From Minisyncoccota bacterium (GTDB lineage: Bacteria; Patescibacteriota; Minisyncoccia; Phycocordibacterales; UBA1006): 64,000 nt of DNA. Below are positions 1 through 9,184 of this stretch, in pieces. The notes beneath the pieces are model-generated. The model saw nothing but the letters and a program-made list of their open reading frames with translations. It did not search any database and was not told where the DNA came from. A program made the position numbers and the translations under genes. The stretch covers positions 31,849-95,848 of the forward strand of contig JAIPIY010000001.1 of the NCBI GenBank assembly GCA_021734445.1, written 5' to 3'. Each line of letters starts with the position of its first letter. Within the stretch, counting starts at the first letter, position 1.

Positions 1-5
1 ATACG

Positions 6-476
6 TTGGCACAGACTCCGTTAGAACCATTGGTTGATGATATTATTACTGAATTCCTTCTCGAAGCACGATCACGAAATATCACCATCAAAACAGAGCA
101 CGAAAACGAAGATACCAACATTCACACCGACCAATCAAAATTACGTATCGTACTACAAAACTTGATTGAAAACGGAATTAAATACACCCCCGAAGGTGGC
201 AATATTATTATCCACACATCAAATGATTCCAGCCATATCATTATCACCGTTTCTGACAACGGTATTGGAATTCCCAACACAGATCATGAGCAAATTTTCA
301 GTAAATTCTTTCGTGCATCCAATGCAGAAAGCCGACATGCACATGGAACAGGATTAGGGTTATTTACTGCAAAGAAAATCATTCAAAAACTAGGTGGAAC
401 CATAACATTTACCAGCAAAGAAGGTGACGGTACTGTATTTACCATTACACTTCCCAAAAAATCTTTGCATGAATAA
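6..476 (+). CDS. Sensor histidine kinase, C-terminal HATPase_c domain (5' end lies before the window)
   Basis: N box (LQNLIENGIKYT), G1 (VSDNGIGI), F box (IFSKF) and G2 (GTGLGL); adjacent to a receiver protein. Confidence 0.93.
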   Translation: MAQTPLEPLVDDIITEFLLEARSRNITIKTEHENEDTNIHTDQSKLRIVLQNLIENGIKYTPEGGNIIIHTSNDSSHIIITVSDNGIGIPNTDHEQIFSKFFRASNAESRHAHGTGLGLFTAKKIIQKLGGTITFTSKEGDGTVFTITLPKKSLHE

Positions 477-526
477 CAGTACATGCTATAGTATACAAAG
501 AACAAGAGATAATATATAATAATTTT

Positions 527-904
527 ATGAACGAACAAAAACACATTTTAATGGTTGAGGACGATGACTTTCTACGAGGTCTGGCTGTTACTAAATTACA
601 AGCATCTGGCATGAAAGTAGACACTGCACCTGATGGTGAAGCTGCTATTACCTATTTAACTACACAGGCTCCTGATTTGATTCTGTTGGATCTTATGCTA
701 CCCAACATGAGCGGTTTTGAAGTATTGGAAAAAGTACGTAAAATGGAAAATCAAAAAAACACCAAAGTTATTATCTTTTCTAATCTAGGAGACGAAGCAG
801 ATATTTTGAAAGGACAACAACTGGGCGCTGATGATTACCTGGTAAAAGCCAGCTTTACATTGGATGAATTGGTTGAAAAAATAAACGGAATGATTACTGC
901 ATAG
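527..904 (+). CDS. Stand-alone response regulator receiver domain protein
   Basis: VEDD, LLDLMLP phosphoacceptor Asp, GADDYLVK; no output domain. Confidence 0.93.
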   Translation: MNEQKHILMVEDDDFLRGLAVTKLQASGMKVDTAPDGEAAITYLTTQAPDLILLDLMLPNMSGFEVLEKVRKMENQKNTKVIIFSNLGDEADILKGQQLGADDYLVKASFTLDELVEKINGMITA

Positions 905-924
905 TCGCTCCATATTTTCTTGTT

Positions 925-955
925 ATAAAAGCCTTCGATAACCGAAGGCTTTTAT
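925..955 (+). terminator. Intrinsic terminator hairpin
   Basis: ATAAAAGCCTTCG-ataac-CGAAGGCTTTTAT inverted repeat after the RR stop. Confidence 0.75.
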
Positions 956-988
956 CGTATGTATATCATGATATACTAATACCATACT

Positions 989-3166
989 ATGCAAACCAAC
1001 TACACATGGAAAACTCCTATTGATTCTTTGTATCGATTGCGCGAACCCCAGACAAAGGCCTTATTGAAATTAGGAATACAGACATTACACGACATACTGT
1101 ATCATTTCCCTTCGCGATATGCGGATATGGGTGGAATAAAAACCATACAGTCATTACAAGATGGAGAATACGCCAGCATCATTGTAAAGATAAAAAAGAT
1201 TGCAACAAAAAAAACATTCAAAAGCAACATCCCCGCAACCGAAGCCACAGTAGAAGATCCCACAGGAACCATGAAGGTAACCTGGTTGCATCAACCCTAT
1301 ATCGCAAAAACACTATTTCCGGAATCGATAGTAAAATTATCAGGAAAAATCAGTATCGCAAAAGGTGTTCCCACTATATTCAATCCATCTCATGAGCCAG
1401 CTGATACCGACATGATGGGCGTTGGATTATTTTCAGAAACTAACGAAATCAAAGAAACGATTATTCCCCTGTACAAAGAAAGCAAAGGCATCACCTCGTT
1501 ATGGTTTCGACACGCATTGGAAAGAATATTCCTTTCTGGTTTTTTAGATACCATTGTAGATCCATTGCCAGAACATATTTTACAGGCGTACAATTTACCT
1601 TCATACAAAACAGCATTTTTGTGGATACACCGACCTCGCGACAGTAAACAATATCAAAGCGCAAAAAAGAGATTTTCTTTTGAAGAAATATTTTTCATCC
1701 AATTAAAATGTCAACAAGACAAAGCGTTGTATGCATCATTGCCAACCTATACGATTGATGTACCAGAAAAATCTATTACTGAATTTGTTGGAACTTTTCC
1801 CTTTACACCTACCGATTCACAAATGAACGCCATATCACAAAGTGTGAATGATTTTCATAAAAACCAACCCATGCTCCGTCTTATCGAAGGTGATGTTGGT
1901 TCGGGAAAAACATTTGTGGCAGCAACATTATCACACGCTATTGTAACCAACAGACCAGCTGGGCAAAATTTTGGAACACTACAGGTGGCGTACATGGCAC
2001 CAACCGAAGTTCTGGCAATGCAATTATTTGAAAACTTTGTGCAATATTTTAAATATTCAGGTATCCAAATTGGTTTAATTACCGGATCAGGATGTCGTAA
2101 ATTCCCCACCAAAGTAGCATCAGCACAACAACCATGGACCAGTATTTCTCGTCCTCAATTATTGAAATGGGTAAAAAGCGGAGAAATTGCCATTGTGGTT
2201 GGGACGCATGCGTTGATACAAAAATCTGTTGCGTTTAAGCATTTGGCATTGGTTATTATTGATGAGCAACATCGGTTCGGAACACAGCAACGATTATCAT
2301 TGGCAAAAAAGGAAGGTCGTGCTCCACATTTTCTGTCCATGACCGCAACACCCATTCCCCGCACATTAGCATTAACCATGTACGGAGATTTAGATTTATC
2401 AGTAATAGACCAAATGCCATCCGGTAGAAAGCAAGTAGAGACGAAAATCATTACTCCAAATAAACGTGAAGACGTATACAAAGCAATCCGATCAGAATTA
2501 CAACAAGGTCGTCAGTTGTATGTTATTTGCCCACGTATCGACGAACCAGATGAAACTGTGGCAACTACGTTACAATTAAAATCCGTAAAAGAAGAAGCTA
2601 AACGACTGCAACAAAATATCTTTCCTGAATATACTGTAGATATCATGCACAGTAAAATGACCCCAGCGGACAAAGAAGAAACCATGAAACAGTTTTCCAA
2701 TCATGACATCGATATTTTGGTGTCTACATCGGTTGTCGAAGTGGGTGTAAACGTACCTAACGCAACCATGATTATCATCGAGGGTGCCGAACGATTTGGA
2801 TTGGCACAATTGCATCAGTTGCGCGGACGTGTGCAACGTAGCGAACATCAACCCTATTGTTATTTATTTACCTCTGAATCAAATGGAAAAAACCAAAAAA
2901 CATCCGATCGGCTGCAAGCATTTTTAAAAGCCAAAAATGGTTTTGAATTAGCTGAATTAGATTTGGAATTGCGTGGTACAGGAGATTTAATTGGATCAAA
3001 ACAATGGGGTATTTCTGATATTGGTATGGATGCAATCAAAAATATCAAAATGGTAGAAATCGCCCGTGAAGAAGCGAAAAAAATTATAGAACAAGATACC
3101 CATCTGCAACAGCACCCCCTATTGCGAGAAAGATTAGAAAATAAAAAAGAAATGCATTTTGAATAA
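989..3166 (+). CDS. recG: ATP-dependent DNA helicase RecG
   Basis: GDVGSGKT, DEQH, TATPIPRTL, LAQLHQLRGRV, DLELRGTG (TRG) motifs; N-terminal OB wedge. Confidence 0.97.
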   Translation: MQTNYTWKTPIDSLYRLREPQTKALLKLGIQTLHDILYHFPSRYADMGGIKTIQSLQDGEYASIIVKIKKIATKKTFKSNIPATEATVEDPTGTMKVTWLHQPYIAKTLFPESIVKLSGKISIAKGVPTIFNPSHEPADTDMMGVGLFSETNEIKETIIPLYKESKGITSLWFRHALERIFLSGFLDTIVDPLPEHILQAYNLPSYKTAFLWIHRPRDSKQYQSAKKRFSFEEIFFIQLKCQQDKALYASLPTYTIDVPEKSITEFVGTFPFTPTDSQMNAISQSVNDFHKNQPMLRLIEGDVGSGKTFVAATLSHAIVTNRPAGQNFGTLQVAYMAPTEVLAMQLFENFVQYFKYSGIQIGLITGSGCRKFPTKVASAQQPWTSISRPQLLKWVKSGEIAIVVGTHALIQKSVAFKHLALVIIDEQHRFGTQQRLSLAKKEGRAPHFLSMTATPIPRTLALTMYGDLDLSVIDQMPSGRKQVETKIITPNKREDVYKAIRSELQQGRQLYVICPRIDEPDETVATTLQLKSVKEEAKRLQQNIFPEYTVDIMHSKMTPADKEETMKQFSNHDIDILVSTSVVEVGVNVPNATMIIIEGAERFGLAQLHQLRGRVQRSEHQPYCYLFTSESNGKNQKTSDRLQAFLKAKNGFELAELDLELRGTGDLIGSKQWGISDIGMDAIKNIKMVEIAREEAKKIIEQDTHLQQHPLLRERLENKKEMHFE

Positions 3167-3202
3167 ATAATAAAACCACCCTTCCTGGGTGGTTTTATTA
3201 TT
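3166..3202. terminator. Bidirectional intrinsic terminator
   Basis: AATAATAAAACCACCC-ttcct-GGGTGGTTTTATTATT between convergent genes. Confidence 0.8.
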
Positions 3203-3215
3203 GTTATTTATTTTG

Positions 3216-4022
3216 TTATTGAAGAAAAATGGGACTGGCGTCAGTACAACCATTTGCAAGTTGATACACTGTCCATGTTCCATCTGGTCTAAATTCTCCT
3301 TTTACACATTTTCCATTATACCAACCAGAAATTGCTAGTACGCTAATATTCACAGGCTTATCCAGGGTAGTTAATTTATTTACAACATCCGGTTTAGCTA
3401 TTGCATTCACACCAGGGATATCTTTACTCCATGAAGTACCATAAAATGCAACTAATGTTTTTGGACCTAATATTCCGTCAGCTACTAATCCTTTTGATTG
3501 CTGAAATGCAGAAACAGCAGCAGACATTCCTCGTCCATAAATTCCATCTAATGTTCCGCTATAAAATCCATTTGATTGAAGAAATTTTTGTATTGAAAGA
3601 ACCCGATCACCACGTGCACCTGGACGCAATGTTTCTATAGAATCAGATGTTGCCATATCTATAACAACATTAACAGAAGGATTTATAGGAGATGCAGTTC
3701 GGCTCATGATTGTCCACGATGGACAATCTGTTGGATGATTATTACATTCAATTTCGGTTACAATATCACCAACACAAATACTATTCACGACAGTGCCAGT
3801 ACAATAGGTCAATCCAGTTGATGATTCTGGTGGTACAGAAACTGTTGTCTGAGTAGTTGTTTGGTTCGCTACTAACCCACCCAATTGTATACGAATAGAT
3901 TCTATTTGATTAGCTATGGATTGCAACACACTTGCTTCGGTATTAGATTCTGCCAAAGCAATACCTCCATATGAAAATAAAAATACAAAAACGAGAAAAC
4001 TTGTACATATAATTTTTTTCAT
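3216..4022 (-). CDS. Secreted protein with PG_binding_1 peptidoglycan-binding domain
   Basis: Signal peptide from MKKIIC (ATG 4022, preferred to 4103); LRPGARGDRVLSIQKFL..DGIYG..AVSAFQQSKGLVADGILGPKT. Confidence 0.85.
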   Translation of the reverse strand: MKKIICTSFLVFVFLFSYGGIALAESNTEASVLQSIANQIESIRIQLGGLVANQTTTQTTVSVPPESSTGLTYCTGTVVNSICVGDIVTEIECNNHPTDCPSWTIMSRTASPINPSVNVVIDMATSDSIETLRPGARGDRVLSIQKFLQSNGFYSGTLDGIYGRGMSAAVSAFQQSKGLVADGILGPKTLVAFYGTSWSKDIPGVNAIAKPDVVNKLTTLDKPVNISVLAISGWYNGKCVKGEFRPDGTWTVYQLANGCTDASPIFLQ

Positions 4023-4106
4023 ACTTTTTAAATTATTAAACTCATAAAAGCACCAATATGTATAGTATACCGTCAATAGAGAAACAAAGCTAATCCTATA
4101 CAAGGA

Positions 4107-4499
4107 TTATTTCTTTAACGAATCCCGGATTTCACGTAATAATAGAGTATCTTCAGCTGGTGTTTTTTGCTGATTTAATTCTACGTGTTTCAATTTATTG
4201 ATACCTTTTACCAAAATAAAAATAGCAAAAGCGACAATCACAAATTGAATAGAAGTATTTAAAAACATTCCGTAATTCAAAGAAATAGCTGCATTAGTTT
4301 CTGTCGCTTGTTTCAAAATAATCACTTTGTCAGAAAAATCAACATTTCCTGATAATAAACCCAAGGGTGGCATAATAATATCATCTACTAATGAAGTTAC
4401 AATTTTCCCAAAAGCACCACCAATAACCACCCCGACAGCCAAATCAATAGCATTACCTTTTACTGCGAACTTTTTGAATTCTTCTATAAAATTTTTCAT
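4107..4499 (-). CDS. mscL: Large-conductance mechanosensitive channel
   Basis: [33 protein letters not shown]-terminal [10 protein letters not shown]. Confidence 0.97.
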   Translation of the reverse strand: MKNFIEEFKKFAVKGNAIDLAVGVVIGGAFGKIVTSLVDDIIMPPLGLLSGNVDFSDKVIILKQATETNAAISLNYGMFLNTSIQFVIVAFAIFILVKGINKLKHVELNQQKTPAEDTLLLREIRDSLKK

Positions 4500-4554
4500 A
4501 CCTTTACAATAAGGGATTGCATTTCAAAAGTCAAAGTGATATTGTATTTACAAG

Positions 4555-4853
4555 TGAATATTTGTTCGTTCATTGACAGTTACTTGCGTCAAATTGGTTC
4601 TTGGCGATGACAAAGAGGTAATCTTTCCTTTCTGGCCCAGGTACGCCCGCTAAGTACTTAATGTATTCACGGGAAACTACTTCGTTGTCAAAATTTTGAA
4701 CCACACAAACCAACTAAACCTCGAAATGAGGTAGGATTTCGGATTAGATTCATGTGACACATAGGTAATCCTCCGTTACGCCAAACAAACGCCCCAGCCT
4801 TTGCTGACATGTTCCCCGCGAACATGATTCCGCAAGGTGGGGTCTTTTTTTTT
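4555..4853 (+). ncRNA. Candidate structured non-coding RNA of unknown family (~290 nt)
   Basis: No credible ORF; GC-richer than flanks; upstream TTGCAT-17-TATTGT; several nested helices; ends in long hairpin plus T9. Confidence 0.55.
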
Positions 4854-4890
4854 ATTGAAAAATAGGATACAATCATTATGTTCTTTATTT

Positions 4891-4964
4891 CCGCCCTTAG
4901 CTCAGTTGGTTAGAGCACAGAGCTTATACCTCTGGGGTCCATGGTTCGAGTCCATGAGGGCGGA
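4891..4964 (+). tRNA. tRNA-Ile (anticodon UAU); CCA not encoded
   Basis: Acceptor CCGCCCT/AGGGCGG, D arm GCTC..GAGC, anticodon arm CAGAG-CT-TAT-AC-CTCTG, T arm CATGG-TTCGAGT-CCATG, discriminator A. Confidence 0.93.
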
Positions 4965-4968
4965 CAAA

Positions 4969-5052
4969 GCATAGGACATCTTGTCCGATCCATAGCGTGA
5001 CGACGCGAGACGGGCTCGCGCAAAAATTCACCAGAATTTTATATGTGAGAGC
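4969..5052. repeat. Degenerate tRNA-associated hairpin element (possibly same family as 7989-8270)
   Basis: CATAGGAC..TCCGATCCAT resembles the inverted T arm; GCGAGACGGGCTCGC and AAAATTC-acca-GAATTTT hairpins. Confidence 0.35.
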
Positions 5053-5066
5053 AAACAAATACTACT

Positions 5067-5106
5067 AATCATAAAAACCGCCAGATATCTGGCGGTTTTT
5101 ATGATT
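5067..5106. terminator. Bidirectional terminator (40-bp perfect palindrome)
   Basis: AATCATAAAAACCGCCAGAT|ATCTGGCGGTTTTTATGATT between tRNA and ftsH. Confidence 0.85.
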
Positions 5107-5109
5107 GTA

Positions 5110-7035
5110 TTAATCTTTTTTCACAGCATCTTCTTTCTTCTCTCGTTTTTTAGGATGAATCCCATGTGCACGAATGATTGTATCATATGCATCTTGTTCC
5201 AGTGTTTCTACATCCAACAATGCTTCGGCAACTGCATCTAATGCTTTTCGATGTTCGGTTAACACCATCTGTGCACGTGCCATTGCTTCGGACATGATGC
5301 GAGATACTTCGGAATCAATAATCGATTCTGTTCTTTCAGAATGTGGTCGTCCGTCAACTCCGGGACCAAATAAGGCACGCCCATCATTTCCTTCTAATGC
5401 AATTGGACCAATCAAATCTGACATACCCCATTTAGTAACCATACTACGTGCCAAACGTGATGACACTTGTAAATCATTTGATGGACCAGTAGTTACATCT
5501 CCAAAAATCATTTTTTCAGTAACATACCCGCCTAATGACATTGCAATATCATCTAAAAATTCTGCGCGTTTTTGTAATTTCTTTTCTTCAAGTGGTAATT
5601 TCATGGTGTACCCACCTGCGCGACCACGTGCCACAATAGATACCTTGTGGACAGGGTCAGCATCTGGTAATACTGATGCAACAATTGCGTGCCCTGCTTC
5701 GTGATATGCAGTGATTCTTTTTTCTTCTGGAGAGAACAGATGGCTTTTTCGTTCTGGACCAATCATAACCTTTTCGATAGAGCGAATCAAATCAAACTGA
5801 GATACCTGGGTTCGCTCTTCACGTGCCGCTAAAATAGCACCTTCGTTCATCAATGAATACAAATCCGCCCCAGAAAATCCTGGTGTTCTTTCTGCGATCA
5901 CCACCAAATTTACATCTTCTGCTAGTGGCTTTTTACGTGCATGAATATTTAATATTTCTTCGCGGTCTCGTCGGTCTGGAAGATCCAACATAACGCGTCG
6001 ATCAAAACGCCCTGGTCGTAATAATGCAGGATCCAATACATCTCCACGGTTGGTTGCTGCTATAACGATTACTTTTTCGTTTGGATCAAAACCATCCATT
6101 TCTACCAAAATTTGGTTCAATGTTTGTTCACGTTCATCATTTCCACCCCCTGTTCCCACACCACGAGACCGCCCTACGGCATCGATTTCATCGATAAAAA
6201 TAATTGAAGGAGAAGCTTTTTTTGCCATAGCAAATAAATCACGAACACGACTGGCACCAACACCAACAAACATTTCTACGAATTCAGAACCAGACAAATG
6301 GAAAAACGGAACTTTTGCTTCGCCAGCAACTGCACGCGCCAACAATGTTTTTCCTGTTCCAGGATCCCCCATCAACAAAACACCTTTTGGAATTTCTGCA
6401 CCAATATCAAGAAATTTCTTTGGGTTTCGCAAAAAATCAACAACTTCTTCTAATTCTTGTTTTGCTTCGCGATTACCTGCAACATCTTTGAATGTGATTT
6501 TTTGTTTCGATGGGTCTGTGATGCGAGCCTTTGATTGACCAAATGTAAACGCTTGCATTCCCCCTGCACCTTTTACCTGACGTGATAAAAACCAAAAGAT
6601 TAATAAAATAAAAATAATTGGGAATAAGATTGGTGCCAAATTCATCAACCAGTATCCAAACCCGCTTTCATTTTTTACTTCAATAACTACGTTTTCCAAA
6701 TCATCTTGGGATACGCCATAATTAACCAGCGTTTCTGACAATGATGATTCACGTTCTTTTTTTGCAACTGCCTCTGTTTCATCTGCTAATGTTACCGATA
6801 ATTTATCACCCTGCACGATGATTTTTTCTACTTCCCCAGAGCGCACTTGTTGTGCTACCCATGATACAGAAACTTCTTCGGGTTTATTTTGTTCGCCTCC
6901 GAATGTTGTGTATAAAAATGATAACAGCACAAAAAATACTAAAATTGAAAGAAAATGTTGAAGAAAATTAATACCAGGTTTCCCTGGACCCTTCTTTTTC
7001 TTCATATTCTTATTGATGTTATTAAAAAATTTCAT
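5110..7035 (-). CDS. ftsH: ATP-dependent zinc metalloprotease FtsH
   Basis: Two TM segments, [34 protein letters not shown] zinc motif. Confidence 0.98.
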   Translation of the reverse strand: MKFFNNINKNMKKKKGPGKPGINFLQHFLSILVFFVLLSFLYTTFGGEQNKPEEVSVSWVAQQVRSGEVEKIIVQGDKLSVTLADETEAVAKKERESSLSETLVNYGVSQDDLENVVIEVKNESGFGYWLMNLAPILFPIIFILLIFWFLSRQVKGAGGMQAFTFGQSKARITDPSKQKITFKDVAGNREAKQELEEVVDFLRNPKKFLDIGAEIPKGVLLMGDPGTGKTLLARAVAGEAKVPFFHLSGSEFVEMFVGVGASRVRDLFAMAKKASPSIIFIDEIDAVGRSRGVGTGGGNDEREQTLNQILVEMDGFDPNEKVIVIAATNRGDVLDPALLRPGRFDRRVMLDLPDRRDREEILNIHARKKPLAEDVNLVVIAERTPGFSGADLYSLMNEGAILAAREERTQVSQFDLIRSIEKVMIGPERKSHLFSPEEKRITAYHEAGHAIVASVLPDADPVHKVSIVARGRAGGYTMKLPLEEKKLQKRAEFLDDIAMSLGGYVTEKMIFGDVTTGPSNDLQVSSRLARSMVTKWGMSDLIGPIALEGNDGRALFGPGVDGRPHSERTESIIDSEVSRIMSEAMARAQMVLTEHRKALDAVAEALLDVETLEQDAYDTIIRAHGIHPKKREKKEDAVKKD

Positions 7036-7101
7036 ATAGGGTTCATTATACGCTGAACCGATAACAAAGACAAATTATAAATTCTCTGTATAATAGAGAA
7101 G

Positions 7102-7548
7102 ATGACAACGTTTATCAACCACAAACAAGCCGGCTTTCATTATGAAATATTGGAAACCTTTGAAATGGGTATCCAACTGGTGGGTACCGAAGTAAAAGCT
7201 ATCAAAAAAGGTCATGGCAGATTAACTGGTTCGCATGTATCGTTTTTGGGAAACGAGGTTTTTTTGATTGGGGCAGATATCCCAGCATGGCAGATTAACA
7301 ATGCGCCTGCTGGATATAATCCCCTTCGCCCCCGTAAATTATTGTTACGCGCAAAAGAAATTCAAAGATTGCAAAAATTAAAACAATCTCAGGGTTTGAC
7401 ATTGATACCAATTTCAATGTATAATAAAGGAGATCTCGTAAAGATATCTATTGCGTTGGCACGTGGAAAGAAAAAACATGATAAACGTGAATCAATCAAA
7501 AAACGAGATACCGAACGAGATATAGGAAGAAAACTGAAAGGACGTTAA
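7102..7548 (+). CDS. smpB: SsrA-binding protein
   Basis: GIQLVGTEVKAIK, RPRKLLL, ARGKKKHDKRE; directly upstream of tmRNA. Confidence 0.97.
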   Translation: MTTFINHKQAGFHYEILETFEMGIQLVGTEVKAIKKGHGRLTGSHVSFLGNEVFLIGADIPAWQINNAPAGYNPLRPRKLLLRAKEIQRLQKLKQSQGLTLIPISMYNKGDLVKISIALARGKKKHDKRESIKKRDTERDIGRKLKGR

Positions 7549-7560
7549 CAACTACATATT

Positions 7561-7941
7561 GGGGATGATCGGTATTGACAGGAGGATTCGTTGCATATGC
7601 TGCGTATCGAGCTCGTCTAACTCGTATAACTGGACGAACACTTCAAGTGCAAACTCACTTGGTATCAAATCTCCGTATTTCGCGGGATTTGCTCCAGCGT
7701 ACGCATAATCGCGATGGCTGGTGTCGACACAAACAAGAGTCTCATAGTTTGTCGTTCGGCATAATATTCTGAGGCTGTGTCTATGTACGCGCTTTGATAC
7801 ATAGTCAAGATATAAAAGCTCGATGTGTGCATGTTTTGTCTGTTTCGGACATGTACATATTTAAATTAAAGAAATAGACTACATACTGTAGATTGTATGT
7901 GCACACCTACCTACACGGGGGTTCGATTCCCCCCATCTCCA
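7561..7941 (+). ncRNA. ssrA: tmRNA; predicted tag ANSLGIKSPYFAGFAPAYA (7649-7708)
   Basis: 5' GGGGATG..TTGAC, 3' GGGGG-TTCGATT-CCCCC-CATCTCC-A with G3:U pair; resume codon GCA after TCAAGT; follows smpB. Confidence 0.95.
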
Positions 7942-7948
7942 CGAGTTA

Positions 7949-7976
7949 AAAAAGAAACGCGAAAGCGTTTCTTTTT
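7949..7976 (+). terminator. ssrA terminator
   Basis: AAAAAGAAACGC-gaaa-GCGTTTCTTTTT. Confidence 0.8.
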
Positions 7977-7988
7977 GTTTACGAGTGC

Positions 7989-8126
7989 GAGATGGGGGGA
8001 ATCGAACCGAGGGTGCGCGAAGCCGGACGATAGTCCGTGCACCCGAGTGGGGGTCGAGCGAATGAGATGTTTTATAATCCGCCAACTGGCGGAGAAATAA
8101 AATATCCATGAGAGTGACCGATTCCC
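7989..8126. repeat. Structured repeat unit 1, beginning with a 20-nt inverted copy of the tmRNA 3' end
   Basis: 7989-8008 is the exact reverse complement of 7920-7939; closed by GGGAATCG/CGATTCCC with internal hairpins. Confidence 0.75.
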
Positions 8127-8142
8127 TTTTATTTACTTTCGA

Positions 8143-8270
8143 GGGGAATCGAAAGGCGTAGGTCGCGAAGCCAATTTTCGTAGAAAATTGATGACCGAGC
8201 CAGGGTCGTGAGCACATATTTTTAACGAACGAAGAGAGTATAAAAATAGTGACTCCTGACCGATTTCCCC
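8143..8270. repeat. Structured repeat unit 2 (same architecture as unit 1)
   Basis: GGGGAATCGAA..GCGAAGC..GGGTCG..TGACCGATTTCCCC; stems differ in sequence but keep pairing. Confidence 0.7.
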
Positions 8271-8275
8271 ACTCT

Positions 8276-8692
8276 TTATAACCGTTTACAAAAACCGCCC
8301 TCTCCTCCAAACAAACTTGAAATAGAAGAACACATATACGAAGGTTTATACCAATTTAATTGCGTATTTATCCATGAAGCTGGTCTCATATAAAAATTAA
8401 GTGCGGAATTCTCCGTAATTTTATCAATTTCTACTTTATTCTTTTCATAGTTTTCTTTAGATAAATAACAACCCATTGGGGTCTGTATCTTACGACCTCC
8501 AGTTGTCGCCCCTTTATAATATCCATTCATCTCATTACAAATCTCTCGATGTCCATGGCTTTGAATTAAACTGATGACAAGTACAAGAAAAAATAAGCAA
8601 AAAAACATAAAACAAAAAGATTGTATAATTTTCTGTCTTCTTGAAAGCCCGGCGAACCATACTTTACATTCTCTAATAAATGACGTTTCCAT
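8276..8692 (-). CDS. Hypothetical single-TM protein with Cys-containing extracellular part
   Basis: ORF from METSF with hydrophobic FCFMFFCLFFLVLVISLI; no recognised family. Confidence 0.6.
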   Translation of the reverse strand: METSFIRECKVWFAGLSRRQKIIQSFCFMFFCLFFLVLVISLIQSHGHREICNEMNGYYKGATTGGRKIQTPMGCYLSKENYEKNKVEIDKITENSALNFYMRPASWINTQLNWYKPSYMCSSISSLFGGEGGFCKRL

Positions 8693-8770
8693 ATATTTAT
8701 ATGGTAGCACTAGAATGACTTTTTTTCTATTACACTAGAAATCCAAATCAAAAAATGTATAATACTATCA

Positions 8771-9184
8771 ATGAAATCACTAATCTTGCATTGCTCAAAA
8801 TTCAATTCAGAATTCAAGAGTCTTGCCACAAGACCAAAGAATATAGAACCGGAAACGGTTAACCAAACAAAATGGGAACACAATGAATCTGTGGTTGCCC
8901 TTATTACTGTAGAAAAAGAAGACAATATAGAAACCATTTCTAGCCAGATGGCTGAAGAACTTAAAAATATTCTTAAAGATTTAGGTAAAGAAAGTTTAGT
9001 TATTGTTCCATTTGCACATCTCTCAAATAATATAGCAGACCATAGAAGTGCCTTGAGTTTTTTAGATTTATTGGAAGATAAATTAAAAGGATTTAAAATA
9101 TCACGCGTTCATTTTGGATCGCATAAATCGCTATTACTAGATATACCTGGTCATGTCGGTAATGTAAGATTTAGAGAATTTTAA
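8771..9184 (+). CDS. Free-standing archaeal-type threonyl-tRNA synthetase editing domain (DTD-like fold)
   Basis: MKSLILH, VALITVEKED, VPFAHLS, HFGSHK, GH..VRFREF match the archaeal ThrRS N-terminal editing domain pattern. Confidence 0.8.
   Translation: MKSLILHCSKFNSEFKSLATRPKNIEPETVNQTKWEHNESVVALITVEKEDNIETISSQMAEELKNILKDLGKESLVIVPFAHLSNNIADHRSALSFLDLLEDKLKGFKISRVHFGSHKSLLLDIPGHVGNVRFREF

Noticed and set aside
4688-4876. 62-aa minus-strand ORF
   Set aside because: No protein features; it runs through a T-run and hairpins better explained as plus-strand RNA structure
5174-6538. Long antisense ORFs inside ftsH, and similar shadows in other genes
   Set aside because: Mirror frames of well-supported genes with no motifs of their own
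7989-8270. CRISPR array or self-cleaving ribozyme interpretation of the tandem units
   Set aside because: Only two ~130-nt diverged units, no constant repeat-spacer period, no cas genes, and no hammerhead CUGANGA/GAAA core seen
7575-8310. ORF-track entries 7575-7772, 7879-8310 and 7897-8100
   Set aside because: They overlap tmRNA and the structured repeats; open frames arise from GC-rich RNA/hairpin sequence
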